Shown: one piece after another, positions 39,871 through 49,309 of the stretch
How the letters are laid out: each line of letters begins with the position of its first letter
Numbering within the stretch: position 1 is the stretch's first letter
Assembly (NCBI GenBank): GCA_003345595.1
Contig: PRDI01000099.1
Location: 1 to 64,000, forward strand
Direction of reading: 5' to 3'
Source of the DNA: Candidatus Thorarchaeota archaeon
Lineage (GTDB): Archaea; Asgardarchaeota; Thorarchaeia; Thorarchaeales; Thorarchaeaceae
DNA: 64,000 bases
Made by a program: the position numbers and the translations under genes
The notes under the pieces: generated by a model
What the model was told of the DNA's origin: nothing
Seen by the model: the letters and a program-made list of their open reading frames with translations, nothing else
Database searches by the model: none

Positions 39871-41079
39871 TTGAGCTATGAGCAAGTAACCGTACAGTCC
39901 AATAGTCAGACGTTGAAGCCCACAGTGACAGACCGACTCACAATGGGCTATGTCTACCCACATGCCCCATTGGAGATCATCATGGCACATGGCCTGACTC
40001 CAACTCTGGTCCGCGCTCGACCAGGGATTGCTGGTGCGTTTGAAGCCAGTCTCCAGACGTTTGCCTGTTCCTATACCAGGAATCTGTTCAGTCAGCGCGC
40101 TAACGATCAAATGCCCGCCTCATCAGCACTCCTGTTTCCAGGCAACACGTGCGATTCTCTCCTGAACGTGGGTGATATCTGGCGTGTCCGCTTTCCTGAC
40201 GACATCATATTTCGGCTCACGTATCCTGCAGCGAATCAGGGCGAAGCAGCAGTCCACTATCTTGCAGACGAACTGAGAAGCCTGAGCCAGTCAATAGAAG
40301 CAGCATTTGGTCGCCCTTTCTCTGAGGAGGAATTCAGGGATGCTGCAGGTCTGACTCGGCAGTTTCGCAGTGCAGCCCAGTTCCTTTATGCAGCAAGGGT
40401 CGTAAGCCCTCAGGTACTCCGGTACTCTAAGCTGGCTGCACTGATACATACCTTTCTTCTGTCGCCTGACCAGAAGTCAGCTAACGAGATCACGAATGCG
40501 TCCACACAGGTTCAACGAGCCCTGGCTCGGTCGAGGCTTCTAGATTCTGCAAAGAAGATTCAGGAGCAACTGATCAAAAGGCATCTTACACCAGCGGCCC
40601 TCCCTCACGGTGCCAAGTCACCTCGAATCGCTATTGCAGGCGGCATGATTGATCCCGGTGCCATTGTTGCACTCTTCAACGCTGCGGGTATTCCTGAGGA
40701 TGCACTCGTTATGGATCTTTTCTCGTTCGGCTTCAAGACCGTGTTCACTCCACCCTGTGAAGTGGGACGAGACCCATTCGACAGCGTTGCAAGGTCTATC
40801 CTAGCATCACCCCTAGAACCAACCCAGGAGGGACTAGGAGTGCGTCTAGCTTTTCTGAAGGATGTCGTCACCAATCTGGCCGTCGATGGTCTAATCGTCT
40901 GTGAACAGTCCTTCTGCGACCCCGATGAATTCGAGGCGCCAAGTCTTGAGGCGGAGGCCTCTAAGTCAGGAGTGGCCGTGATGAGGCTCCCCATCGACCC
41001 CGAACTCTCAGACCGGGAGCGGCTGGGAGTTCGCCTTCAGAGCTTCCTCGAAACTATCAGTCCTAGGAGTGGGAGGTGA
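39871..41079 (+). CDS. 2-hydroxyacyl-CoA dehydratase subunit (HgdB/FldC-like)
   Basis: PLEIIMAHG, CSY, NTCD, VDGLI...FCDP, RLQSFLE. Confidence 0.88.
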   Translation: MSYEQVTVQSNSQTLKPTVTDRLTMGYVYPHAPLEIIMAHGLTPTLVRARPGIAGAFEASLQTFACSYTRNLFSQRANDQMPASSALLFPGNTCDSLLNVGDIWRVRFPDDIIFRLTYPAANQGEAAVHYLADELRSLSQSIEAAFGRPFSEEEFRDAAGLTRQFRSAAQFLYAARVVSPQVLRYSKLAALIHTFLLSPDQKSANEITNASTQVQRALARSRLLDSAKKIQEQLIKRHLTPAALPHGAKSPRIAIAGGMIDPGAIVALFNAAGIPEDALVMDLFSFGFKTVFTPPCEVGRDPFDSVARSILASPLEPTQEGLGVRLAFLKDVVTNLAVDGLIVCEQSFCDPDEFEAPSLEAEASKSGVAVMRLPIDPELSDRERLGVRLQSFLETISPRSGR

Positions 41080-42308
41080 CAACATTGGGACAGGAAGAAC
41101 GACATACTGAAGAGAAAGTGTACAGGCAGCTTCGCGCCAATTCACTACTCCAAGAGATCATGTTGCGCTACATGATGGAAGGCCAAGCCGCCAGTGAACA
41201 GGGCAAGCTGGCATGGGTTACGTCTGGCTTCCCCGTAGAGATTCCAGTGACAATGGGCGTCAATGTCAGTTACCCCGAGCAATACGGGGCTATCATCGGC
41301 TCACAGAAGGTTGGTCCGGAGATCTGCGGGTTTGCCGAAGAGTTGGGTTACTCCCAAGAGCTCTGCTCCTATGCCCGGTCTAGCATTGGTTCTGTGCGCT
41401 ATCCTGAGAAGAGCCCGTTGGACGGGCTGCCAAAGCCCCAAGCTCTGCTTGCATGCAACAACATCTGTGGAACAGTCCTTAGGTGGTACGACGCCGTATC
41501 CCAAATGACCGGCGCGCCTGTCTTTCTGTTTGACACTCCTCCCACGGAGGGCGACCAGCCATCACACCACAGGGAATACGTTCGCCAGAGCGTCCTGAGG
41601 CTCATTGATTTTCTTTCTCGTACCTTTCATACGTCCTTCTCAGAAGAACGCTTACGTAAGGTGGGTGAGCTATCAGGCGAAGCGATTGATCTGTGGACTC
41701 GCTCTCTGAAGGCTTGTCGCAATAGACCCAGTCCACTGAACTGCGCTGACAGGTTTCTTGCCATGGCTCCTATCGTAGCATTGCGTGGCACAGAACCGGC
41801 GATTGAGTTCTATCAGGCCCTCCTTGAGGAAGTGCAGGAACGCGTGTCGCAGGGTCTTGGAGCAATCCGAGATGAGAGAATACGTCTGCTGTGGGATGAT
41901 ATTCCTCCTTGGTTCACGATCTTCCGTTTCTTCAATGGCCTTGCAGCGAGAGGTGTCGTCTTCCCTGCAGACACTTACACTCACGCATGGTCCGGATCGC
42001 TCGCTGGTGCAGACCTGCTAGATAGTGTTGTGTCTGTCTATTCCAACGTCTACCTGAACAAGGGTCTCGAGGCCAAGGTCGACAAGATGTGCGAGTTGAT
42101 CAAGGAGTACTCACTCGATGGGTTCATCATGTTCTCAGTCCGTTCCTGCAAACGCTATTCCCTCGGGCAGCTTGTGTCAAAAGAGCTCGTCATGGAAAGG
42201 ACTGGCGTACCGGGAGTCGTGATTGAGGGTGATATGGTGGACAGTCGCCTCTTCAACGACGCACAGATTCAGACAAGGCTTGATGCGCTTCTTGAGATGT
42301 TTCTATAG
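41076..42308 (+). CDS. 2-hydroxyacyl-CoA dehydratase subunit (HgdA/FldB-like)
   Basis: FPVEI, YPE, ELCSYAR, CNNIC, RSCK, EGDMVDSR, TRLDALLE. Confidence 0.92.
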   Translation: MTTLGQEERHTEEKVYRQLRANSLLQEIMLRYMMEGQAASEQGKLAWVTSGFPVEIPVTMGVNVSYPEQYGAIIGSQKVGPEICGFAEELGYSQELCSYARSSIGSVRYPEKSPLDGLPKPQALLACNNICGTVLRWYDAVSQMTGAPVFLFDTPPTEGDQPSHHREYVRQSVLRLIDFLSRTFHTSFSEERLRKVGELSGEAIDLWTRSLKACRNRPSPLNCADRFLAMAPIVALRGTEPAIEFYQALLEEVQERVSQGLGAIRDERIRLLWDDIPPWFTIFRFFNGLAARGVVFPADTYTHAWSGSLAGADLLDSVVSVYSNVYLNKGLEAKVDKMCELIKEYSLDGFIMFSVRSCKRYSLGQLVSKELVMERTGVPGVVIEGDMVDSRLFNDAQIQTRLDALLEMFL

Positions 42309-42320
42309 GGTGGCACTGAG

Positions 42321-43103
42321 TTGGCAAGACGCACAACCATTGGAATAGGTCTCGATATTGGGTCGACAACGACGAAAGGTATACTTGTAGACTCATCAGG
42401 CACTGTGCTCGCGGCCTCGCTCGTGACCACTGGTGCGTCGGCCCCTATCGCCGCAAGACATGTCATGGATGAGCTGTCACAGACATCGGGTAAAGAGCTG
42501 ACAGGCTTGCCTATCATTACCACTGGCTATGGACGGACATCGGTCGAGTTCGCCCATGAAACCGTGACTGAGATAACGTGCCATAGTATGGGTGTTCATT
42601 CACTGAACCCCGACATTCGGCTCCTTATTGACGTGGGTGGCCAAGACTCGAAAGTGATACGGATTGGACCAAACGGGCGTCCAACGGACTTCGAGCTGAA
42701 TGACAAGTGTAGTGCGGGGACCGGCAGGTTTCTAGAAGTAATGGCCAGAGTGCTGGAAGTCTCAATTGACGATTTGGGTCCCCTTGCTCTACGCTCCACT
42801 TCTCCGTCCACAATCAGCAGCACATGCACAGTCTTTGCCGAGAGCGAAGTTGTAGGCAGAATCGGGACTGGTGCCGCGCCAGCCGACATCGCTGCAGGAG
42901 CCCACTTGGCCATGGCAGGGAAGGTTGCCACTTTAGCAAAGAGGGTTGGCTTGGTCACTCCCGTGGGTGTGACTGGCGGCGTGGCTCTAAACCCTGCGTT
43001 TCGCCACTATCTCTCCAAACAGCTGAATAGTTCTCTTTGGATGCCGGACAAGCCCCAGCTGACTGGGGCCCTTGGTGCAGCGATTCTAGCAGTCAAACGA
43101 TAG
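42321..43103 (+). CDS. ATP-dependent dehydratase activator (HgdC/BcrAD ASKHA family)
   Basis: GLDIGSTTTK, TGYGR, DVGGQDSK, NDKCSAGTGRF, CTVFAESE. Confidence 0.95.
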   Translation: MARRTTIGIGLDIGSTTTKGILVDSSGTVLAASLVTTGASAPIAARHVMDELSQTSGKELTGLPIITTGYGRTSVEFAHETVTEITCHSMGVHSLNPDIRLLIDVGGQDSKVIRIGPNGRPTDFELNDKCSAGTGRFLEVMARVLEVSIDDLGPLALRSTSPSTISSTCTVFAESEVVGRIGTGAAPADIAAGAHLAMAGKVATLAKRVGLVTPVGVTGGVALNPAFRHYLSKQLNSSLWMPDKPQLTGALGAAILAVKR

Positions 43104-43174
43104 GTTCCCATTTCTAGCGCTAGAGGCCGATTCAGCACAAATGCAGATTCATGATGTCATATCTGTCTGAACTC

Positions 43175-43732
43175 TCAGCTAGGGGCTTCGAGCGCCTTCT
43201 CACCGGCCTTGATTCCCAAGTCAAGAGCCAGGTGGTTGATCTTGACGAACTTCGGCCACCGTTCCTCCATCTGGTGTCTGAGGCCCTCGATCGACACGGC
43301 TTTCGTGATTGCAGCAAATGCCCCCATCATGACTACGTTGGCCGTCTGCTTGCTTCTAACTTCTTGGTCTGCGATGCGTGTGGCGGGAATACTATAGACT
43401 TTCACACCCTTCGGGAGTTCAGTTTCCACTTTGACAAGGTCACTGTCGATTATGAGTATGCCATTCTCTTTCAGACCGTGGACATACTCAAGATATGCTG
43501 CCCGGCTCATGACGACAAACACATCGGGTGCAAGGACCTTCGGGTAGTCGACCTCTTCATCACTGATGACTATCTCGCTCTTGCTTGCACCGCCTCGTGC
43601 CTCGGGGCCGTAAGACTGGGTCTGGACCACGTACTTCTTGTCGAAGAGAGCCGAGGCTTCCCCGATGACGACTGCCATAGTGACGATGCCTTGACCACCA
43701 AAGCCTCCTATCCTTACCCCATAGCGCACCAT
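43175..43732 (-). CDS. korC: 2-oxoacid:ferredoxin oxidoreductase gamma subunit
   Basis: GFGGQG, QSYGPEARGG, ANVVMMG. Confidence 0.92.
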   Translation of the reverse strand: MVRYGVRIGGFGGQGIVTMAVVIGEASALFDKKYVVQTQSYGPEARGGASKSEIVISDEEVDYPKVLAPDVFVVMSRAAYLEYVHGLKENGILIIDSDLVKVETELPKGVKVYSIPATRIADQEVRSKQTANVVMMGAFAAITKAVSIEGLRHQMEERWPKFVKINHLALDLGIKAGEKALEAPS

Positions 43733-43736
43733 GCAA

Positions 43737-44585
43737 TCACTTCCTGACCTTTGCGTGCATCTGTTTCAGGACATCAGTATATTCAGGCTTCTCAATATCG
43801 ACGAACTCACCGCAGACTATTCTCCTTGCGTAGTCGAGTTCTGCCTCGTGCGGTGGAAGGCCGTTCTGGATGTCAGTCACCTCTAGGAGGTGTTTGTGCA
43901 TATCGACGCCCTCGCCCAGCCTGTTCATCCTGCCATATGCAGTGGGACACGCGCCGACAATCTCAATGAAAGAGAGCCCCTGCTTCGTGATACCTTTTTC
44001 AATCGACTTTGTGGCACGACGAACCTGAACGGCTGTCCAACGTGCAACGAACGTCGCTCCAGAGGACGCGGCAAGCTTGACCAGATTGAAAGGATGTTCT
44101 ATGTTGCCAATCGGAGCTGGGCTCGTCTGTGTCCACTTCTCGTGCTCAGTAGTGGGTCCAAACTGGCCGCCTGTCATGCCGTAGTTGAAGTTGTTTATGC
44201 AGACAACAGTCATGTCGATGTTTCTCCGGCAGGCATGGATAAGATGGTTTCCACCTATTGCAGCAAGGTCTCCATCGCCTGCAACTACCAGAAGCTCGAG
44301 ATCAGGATTGGCAATCTTAACACCCGTGGCGAATGGGATGGCTCTGCCATGTGTCGTGTGAAATGTGCCTGTCTTGAAGTAGCCCGAAGTACGACCACTG
44401 CATCCAATGCCTGAGACGACGACCACCTTCGAGAAGTCGATGCCCAAGGTGTCGATGGCCCTTGTGATCATGCCTGTCACGATTCCTATCGAACAACCGG
44501 GACAGTAAATCCATGGCATCCGGTCCTCTCTGATGTACTTGGCCATCGGGTGCTTCAGTGTGACCTGCTCTGCTGTCGCAGTCAT
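43737..44585 (-). CDS. korB: 2-oxoacid:ferredoxin oxidoreductase beta subunit
   Basis: YCPGC, SGIGC, GDGD, NNFNYGMTGGQ, ACPT. Confidence 0.94.
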   Translation of the reverse strand: MTATAEQVTLKHPMAKYIREDRMPWIYCPGCSIGIVTGMITRAIDTLGIDFSKVVVVSGIGCSGRTSGYFKTGTFHTTHGRAIPFATGVKIANPDLELLVVAGDGDLAAIGGNHLIHACRRNIDMTVVCINNFNYGMTGGQFGPTTEHEKWTQTSPAPIGNIEHPFNLVKLAASSGATFVARWTAVQVRRATKSIEKGITKQGLSFIEIVGACPTAYGRMNRLGEGVDMHKHLLEVTDIQNGLPPHEAELDYARRIVCGEFVDIEKPEYTDVLKQMHAKVRK

Positions 44586-45718
44586 TTAGCATGGACCTCC
44601 ATGATCTTGCGTAGAATTTCGTCAGGTAGTTGAGGTGTCCCGGCAGGTTTTGTCATGAGATGAACAGGTGTAGGCGCTGCAAAAGCCCTGACCATATAGT
44701 AGACCTGCCCCATGTTCTGTTCAGGCACTATGATGTGCTTGACATCTGAGGCGAGCTGTGCGATGGGTTCTTCGGGGAAGGGCCAGACGGTCTTCAATCT
44801 CAACATTCCCGCCTTGATGCCTTTTGCTCTTGCATCCTTAACGGCTCTCCTGGCGCTTCTAGCTGGAGTCCCATAGGCGACGATGGCGATTTCTGCATCG
44901 TCCAAGAAGTATCTCTCTACCTCGGTTATCTCATCGATGTGCCTGAGTATCTTCTCGTTTAGTCGAGTCACGAGCTCAATCTGGACCTCGTCACTATCAG
45001 TAGGATATCCACGCTCATCGTGTGTAAGACCTGTGGCATAGAACTGGTACTTTGTACCGAGCAAGGCCATTGGCGGCACAAGATCATCATCAGGCTTGAA
45101 GGGGAGATACTCGGAGGGTTCGCTCTTGGGCATCTTCCTGCTTACAAGCTTCAAACTCTTCTCATCAGGTATCACTAGTGCTTCTCTCATGTGTCCGACT
45201 ATCTCATCGGCCAGCAGGAACACAGGAACTCTGTATTTCTCTGATAGATTGAAAGCCCTGACAGTGAGGTCAAACATCTCTTGGACGGATGCCGGTGTCA
45301 GTGCGATTATCTGATAGTCACCATGGCTGCCCCACTTTGCCTGCAGCACATCACCCTGCTGCCCACGTGTGGGTTGACCAGTACTCGGGCCGCCACGCAT
45401 TATGTTAACGATCACGATCGGAGTTTCCGTCATGACGGCAAGACCCACAGCCTCCATCATCAGGCTTGCACCCGGACCCGAGGTCGCGGTCATGGCCTTA
45501 ATCCCCGCCCATGAGGCCCCAATCACACTCGTTATGGAAGCGATTTCGTCCTCATACTGAACATATGCTCCGCTCAGCTCAGGCATCCTGACGGCCATCC
45601 ACTCAGCTATCTCTGTCGCAGGAGTGATCGGATAGCCACCGAAGTATCTGCACCCGGCGCTCAGAGCCCCTTCAGCACAAGCGATATCACCCATTGTGAA
45701 CATGGTTCGTTCGGGCAT
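44582..45718 (-). CDS. korA: 2-oxoacid:ferredoxin oxidoreductase alpha subunit
   Basis: GYPITP, EDEI, TATSGPG, RGGPSTG. Confidence 0.94.
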   Translation of the reverse strand: MPERTMFTMGDIACAEGALSAGCRYFGGYPITPATEIAEWMAVRMPELSGAYVQYEDEIASITSVIGASWAGIKAMTATSGPGASLMMEAVGLAVMTETPIVIVNIMRGGPSTGQPTRGQQGDVLQAKWGSHGDYQIIALTPASVQEMFDLTVRAFNLSEKYRVPVFLLADEIVGHMREALVIPDEKSLKLVSRKMPKSEPSEYLPFKPDDDLVPPMALLGTKYQFYATGLTHDERGYPTDSDEVQIELVTRLNEKILRHIDEITEVERYFLDDAEIAIVAYGTPARSARRAVKDARAKGIKAGMLRLKTVWPFPEEPIAQLASDVKHIIVPEQNMGQVYYMVRAFAAPTPVHLMTKPAGTPQLPDEILRKIMEVHAK

Positions 45719-46069
45719 TCAGTGGGCCTCCTCCTTCTCGTCCTTCTTTTGATACTCAGGGACAATCGTGCCCTCCTCCACTGTTCCTGCTTCAAGCGCC
45801 GCCTCCGCCACCTTCCTATCAACCAGAAAGATGGCCATATCGGGACAAATCAGTTCACAAAACTCGCAATTCACGCAGGCGTCAATATCACAGGCAGTGA
45901 CTGGATGGTATCCCTTGCGGTTGTACTTATCCTCTGTCAAGCACAGGACGTGCTTGGGACAGAATTCCACACACAGACTGCATGCCTTGCACTGTTCCTG
46001 CAGGATGACGAGGACTTTCTCTCTAGTCCTCGGGGGTTTGGGTGTGATCGGCTTGCGAACAGTTGTCAT
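45719..46069 (-). CDS. korD: 2-oxoacid:ferredoxin oxidoreductase delta (ferredoxin) subunit
   Basis: [24 protein letters not shown]; first gene of the operon. Confidence 0.9.
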   Translation of the reverse strand: MTTVRKPITPKPPRTREKVLVILQEQCKACSLCVEFCPKHVLCLTEDKYNRKGYHPVTACDIDACVNCEFCELICPDMAIFLVDRKVAEAALEAGTVEEGTIVPEYQKKDEKEEAH

Positions 46070-46274
46070 TCAGGCGCACTCCGTTGACAGTCTGCCGTAT
46101 GTCTTTGTCCCTAGATGGACTGGTCTGGACAGAGCCCGGTCTTAGTTGAGGTTGACCAGAAGTAGCAGGTATATGAGCCTTACCTTAGTGCTGCCGCACG
46201 GGTCGTGAAGTATGACCACAGTTAAGAGGTAGCACTACAAATCAGACGACAACACGATGATGGTGTGGTAGGCC

Positions 46275-46745
46275 TTGTCCGACGACGAGCCAAACGAGGA
46301 AGAGCTGGCCAAGTCGTTGAAAGGCAGGACCTTGCGGGTCTACTGGTACATGCTGCGTCATCCTGTGCCGATGACTGCACGGGAGATTCAGCGTGGTGCC
46401 GCCCTTTCCAGTCCCTCGCTGTCTATGCACCACCTTGAACACCTTAGGCTGCTAGGATTGGTGGATAAGGATGTTCATGGTCAGTATACAGTGAGACGGG
46501 ACGTGCGTGTCGGGGTTCTCAAGCTATTCGTCGGGAGGGGTCGGCTCATGGTGCCCCGATTTCTCTTCTACGCGACCTTCTACACCTCTGTGACTGCTGC
46601 ACTTGCCACGATGATACTGGGCACCGGCCACACCGATTCGTACTTGATCGTTCTGCTTGTCCTTCTGACATCAGTCTGTGTGGTCCTGTGGTACGAGTCA
46701 ATGAAGATATGGAGGGAACAGCCATTTCCAGAGCAAGAAGACTAG
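46275..46745 (+). CDS. Membrane-anchored winged-helix regulator (wHTH + 2 TM)
   Basis: LKGRTLRVYWYML...AREIQR...SSPSLSMHHLEHL, then two TM helices. Confidence 0.85.
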   Translation: MSDDEPNEEELAKSLKGRTLRVYWYMLRHPVPMTAREIQRGAALSSPSLSMHHLEHLRLLGLVDKDVHGQYTVRRDVRVGVLKLFVGRGRLMVPRFLFYATFYTSVTAALATMILGTGHTDSYLIVLLVLLTSVCVVLWYESMKIWREQPFPEQED

Positions 46746-46828
46746 GTTCTAAGAGTAGAACTAATTGCCATATCGCGCAAGTCAATACGGACGGTTACTT
46801 TCCGGTGGTACTGTCCTGGAGTGAATCT

Positions 46829-47755
46829 ATGCACATCTTGCTCCGATCATTTGCCCTAGCTCCTATCCTGCTGCTCCTGCTGATAGGAGGAACACTGTTT
46901 CAGCCAAATCCTCTTTGTGCTACTGTCAGCGAGGAGTCCGCTGGTGGCGAAACCTTTGCCAACTATAGCGACAATCCGGATCTTTCACTCACGTATCACT
47001 CCCTATGGAACGAAACAGAAACCCCTGTTTATTCAGGTGACAGAATCTCGGGCGACAGGGTGGTTCTCACAGGTACTTGGTCGCCTTCTGGCACGGTTGC
47101 CGAGAGCTGGATTAACGTGAGCGCGACCGCAATCCCAATGAATATCTCTAGTCAGAACCCGTCCAGCTCAGTTTCGATTGACACGCGAGGGCTGGGGAAC
47201 AACGCCACCTGTATCATCACGGTCTTTGCATTGCTGCTTAACGGGTCCACTATCAATCAGACATTCAGCAATGTCTTCATTGGTAACTTCTTTGTTCCTC
47301 ATGTCAGGGTGCTATCTCCTAACGGTGGCGAGCACTGGACAGGCGCTAACAACGTGACCTGGTTTGGCTGGGACAACAACACTGACGAGTCACTGACCTA
47401 TGAAGTACTATTATCATCTGACTCAGGGACTAGCTTCCAGCTTCTTGCCACACATCTCTCGTCAACATCGTACCAATGGGATTGCACGGGTTTTCTCAAT
47501 CTGAGTACCTACATGTTCGAGGTTCGTGTCACAGATGGTATCTACGTGTCATTTGACAGGTCTGATGGGACTTTCACTGCAGGAAGCATTCCCATAACGA
47601 CGACCACTACTACTACGACCACGACCACAACCGCGAATACAACAACTACTACTATCGACAACAGTCTCATTGTTGGCTTCTTCATCTCTGCGGCCATGAT
47701 TTCGAGCGCGATTATGGCGCTCATAGTTTACTATGTGGCCAAGAGATGGTACTGA
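46829..47755 (+). CDS. Cell-surface glycoprotein: Ig/FN3-like domains, poly-Thr linker, C-terminal TM
   Basis: Signal peptide, many NxS/T sequons, VLSPNGGE...YQWD...VRVTDG, Thr run, TM + KRWY. Confidence 0.85.
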   Translation: MHILLRSFALAPILLLLLIGGTLFQPNPLCATVSEESAGGETFANYSDNPDLSLTYHSLWNETETPVYSGDRISGDRVVLTGTWSPSGTVAESWINVSATAIPMNISSQNPSSSVSIDTRGLGNNATCIITVFALLLNGSTINQTFSNVFIGNFFVPHVRVLSPNGGEHWTGANNVTWFGWDNNTDESLTYEVLLSSDSGTSFQLLATHLSSTSYQWDCTGFLNLSTYMFEVRVTDGIYVSFDRSDGTFTAGSIPITTTTTTTTTTTTANTTTTTIDNSLIVGFFISAAMISSAIMALIVYYVAKRWY

Positions 47756-47780
47756 TTCAATGCTTGATTGTCTGAACAGA

Positions 47781-48671
47781 TTAAAGAAATCTGTCAACAA
47801 GTGCATCTGTGCTGATGACATGTTTGTGAAGGCCAAGTTCCTCGGGATCTATCCCCATTGCCAGACCAAGCAGCTGCGTGTAGTAGAACACAGGAAGATG
47901 ATACCTGTCGCCAATCTCCTTGTTTAGCTGAGGTTGAGACATCTCGAACTGGAGGTGGCAGAACGAACAGACATCTACTATGCACTCCGCCCCTGCCTCA
48001 ATCATGTTGTCAAGCTTCTCACGTGCAATGTCTATGCTGACGGGCACATTTGACCCGCGGACTCCACCACCAGCGCCACAGCAGAGGAACTTCTCCTTGT
48101 ACTTCACACTCTCTGCACCCGTGACTTCGACAAGCTCATCAAGGAACGTGTATTTCTGAGTCTGCTTCCAAGGCCTGAGCTTGGTCGGCTTCAAGAGGTG
48201 ACACCCATAGTGTGTTCCGACCCTCAGCCCGTTCAGAGGGCGGGTCACCTTCTTGCGCAGGTTCTCCAACCCGAGGTTGTAGATGATCTCGACGAGGTGC
48301 TTTGCATCAGCCTTTGCCTCATACTTCACACCAACACTCTTGAGGATCCGCTGGACCTCCTTGAGCCTCTCGGGGTTCTCATGGACCACGTGGAGGGCCT
48401 CTTTGAATGTCCCATAGCAGCCATTGCAGCCTGTGAGTATGTCATGGCCTGCTGCTTCTGCGAGTGCGAGGTTCCGTGAGGCGAGGGCAAGCCATGTGGG
48501 CTCACTGAATGACCTGATCACCCCGGGGGCAGGACAGCAGCTCGCGCCCTGCAAGTCCTCTATGTCAATCCCAAGTTTCGGGAGCACAACCCTGATGCTC
48601 TTCTCCACATTGGGAAACCGGTTGGGCATGACGCATCCCAAGAAGAATGAATAGGTCTGAGCTTGCGTCAT
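47781..48671 (-). CDS. hdrB: Heterodisulfide reductase subunit B (copy 1)
   Basis: FLGC, CCPAPG, CNGC, GCH, CCGAGGG, CSFC. Confidence 0.95.
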   Translation of the reverse strand: MTQAQTYSFFLGCVMPNRFPNVEKSIRVVLPKLGIDIEDLQGASCCPAPGVIRSFSEPTWLALASRNLALAEAAGHDILTGCNGCYGTFKEALHVVHENPERLKEVQRILKSVGVKYEAKADAKHLVEIIYNLGLENLRKKVTRPLNGLRVGTHYGCHLLKPTKLRPWKQTQKYTFLDELVEVTGAESVKYKEKFLCCGAGGGVRGSNVPVSIDIAREKLDNMIEAGAECIVDVCSFCHLQFEMSQPQLNKEIGDRYHLPVFYYTQLLGLAMGIDPEELGLHKHVISTDALVDRFL

Positions 48672-48673
48672 CT

Positions 48674-49255
48674 CTAGTTAGCCCCTGCTCCCTCTCCCTC
48701 GACTAGAGCGTTGAACCCTGTCTGCCTCATTATCTCCTTGACCTGAGCGAGTGCCTGTTCGCTGGAGTGCGTTGTAGGAGGTATCTCGACGATGCCAAGT
48801 TCTCTCCGCATCTCTTGGTTTGCATCGTCTAGTGGGACTGCATGACCCGTCTGGAGCAGCTTCTGAGCCGACTTACGATGCTGTGGCAGCATGAACCCTT
48901 CCTTGACAGCCATGTTCCGCATTATGATGATTGCGTCTGTGACCTTGATCTGTCTTGGACACCTTTCGAGGCAAGTTAGGCATGTGGCACAAAGCCAAAG
49001 GTCGGGCGAACTCAGCACGTCCTCTTTGAGACCGAGCAGAGCCTTCCGCATGAGTTCACGTGTCCTGAATGCGGTTCGACGTCCGCTAGGGCAGACACTA
49101 GAACAAGTCCCGCATTGGATGCAGGTGCGTATTCTGTCTGCACCTGCTGCGACAATCTTGTCTACGAAGGTAGGGTCTATGTCTGCGCTCCGAATGGTTT
49201 CACGGCTGATGTCGCCCATTAGTATGTCCTTCGATGCAGTGGTGCTGTCAGGCAT
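48674..49255 (-). CDS. hdrC: Heterodisulfide reductase subunit C (copy 1)
   Basis: CIQCGTCSSVCP, WLCATCLTCLERCP, GHAVP. Confidence 0.95.
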   Translation of the reverse strand: MPDSTTASKDILMGDISRETIRSADIDPTFVDKIVAAGADRIRTCIQCGTCSSVCPSGRRTAFRTRELMRKALLGLKEDVLSSPDLWLCATCLTCLERCPRQIKVTDAIIIMRNMAVKEGFMLPQHRKSAQKLLQTGHAVPLDDANQEMRRELGIVEIPPTTHSSEQALAQVKEIMRQTGFNALVEGEGAGAN

Positions 49256-49309
49256 CTGAGTTTGCGTGATATAAGAGTGGTGCTGATGACAGAGCTCCTC
49301 AGAGTGCCC

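Noticed and set aside
47597-47652. ACN triplet run as a microsatellite or phase-variable repeat
   Set aside because: Mixed ACG/ACC/ACT/ACA codons encode an ordinary Thr stalk
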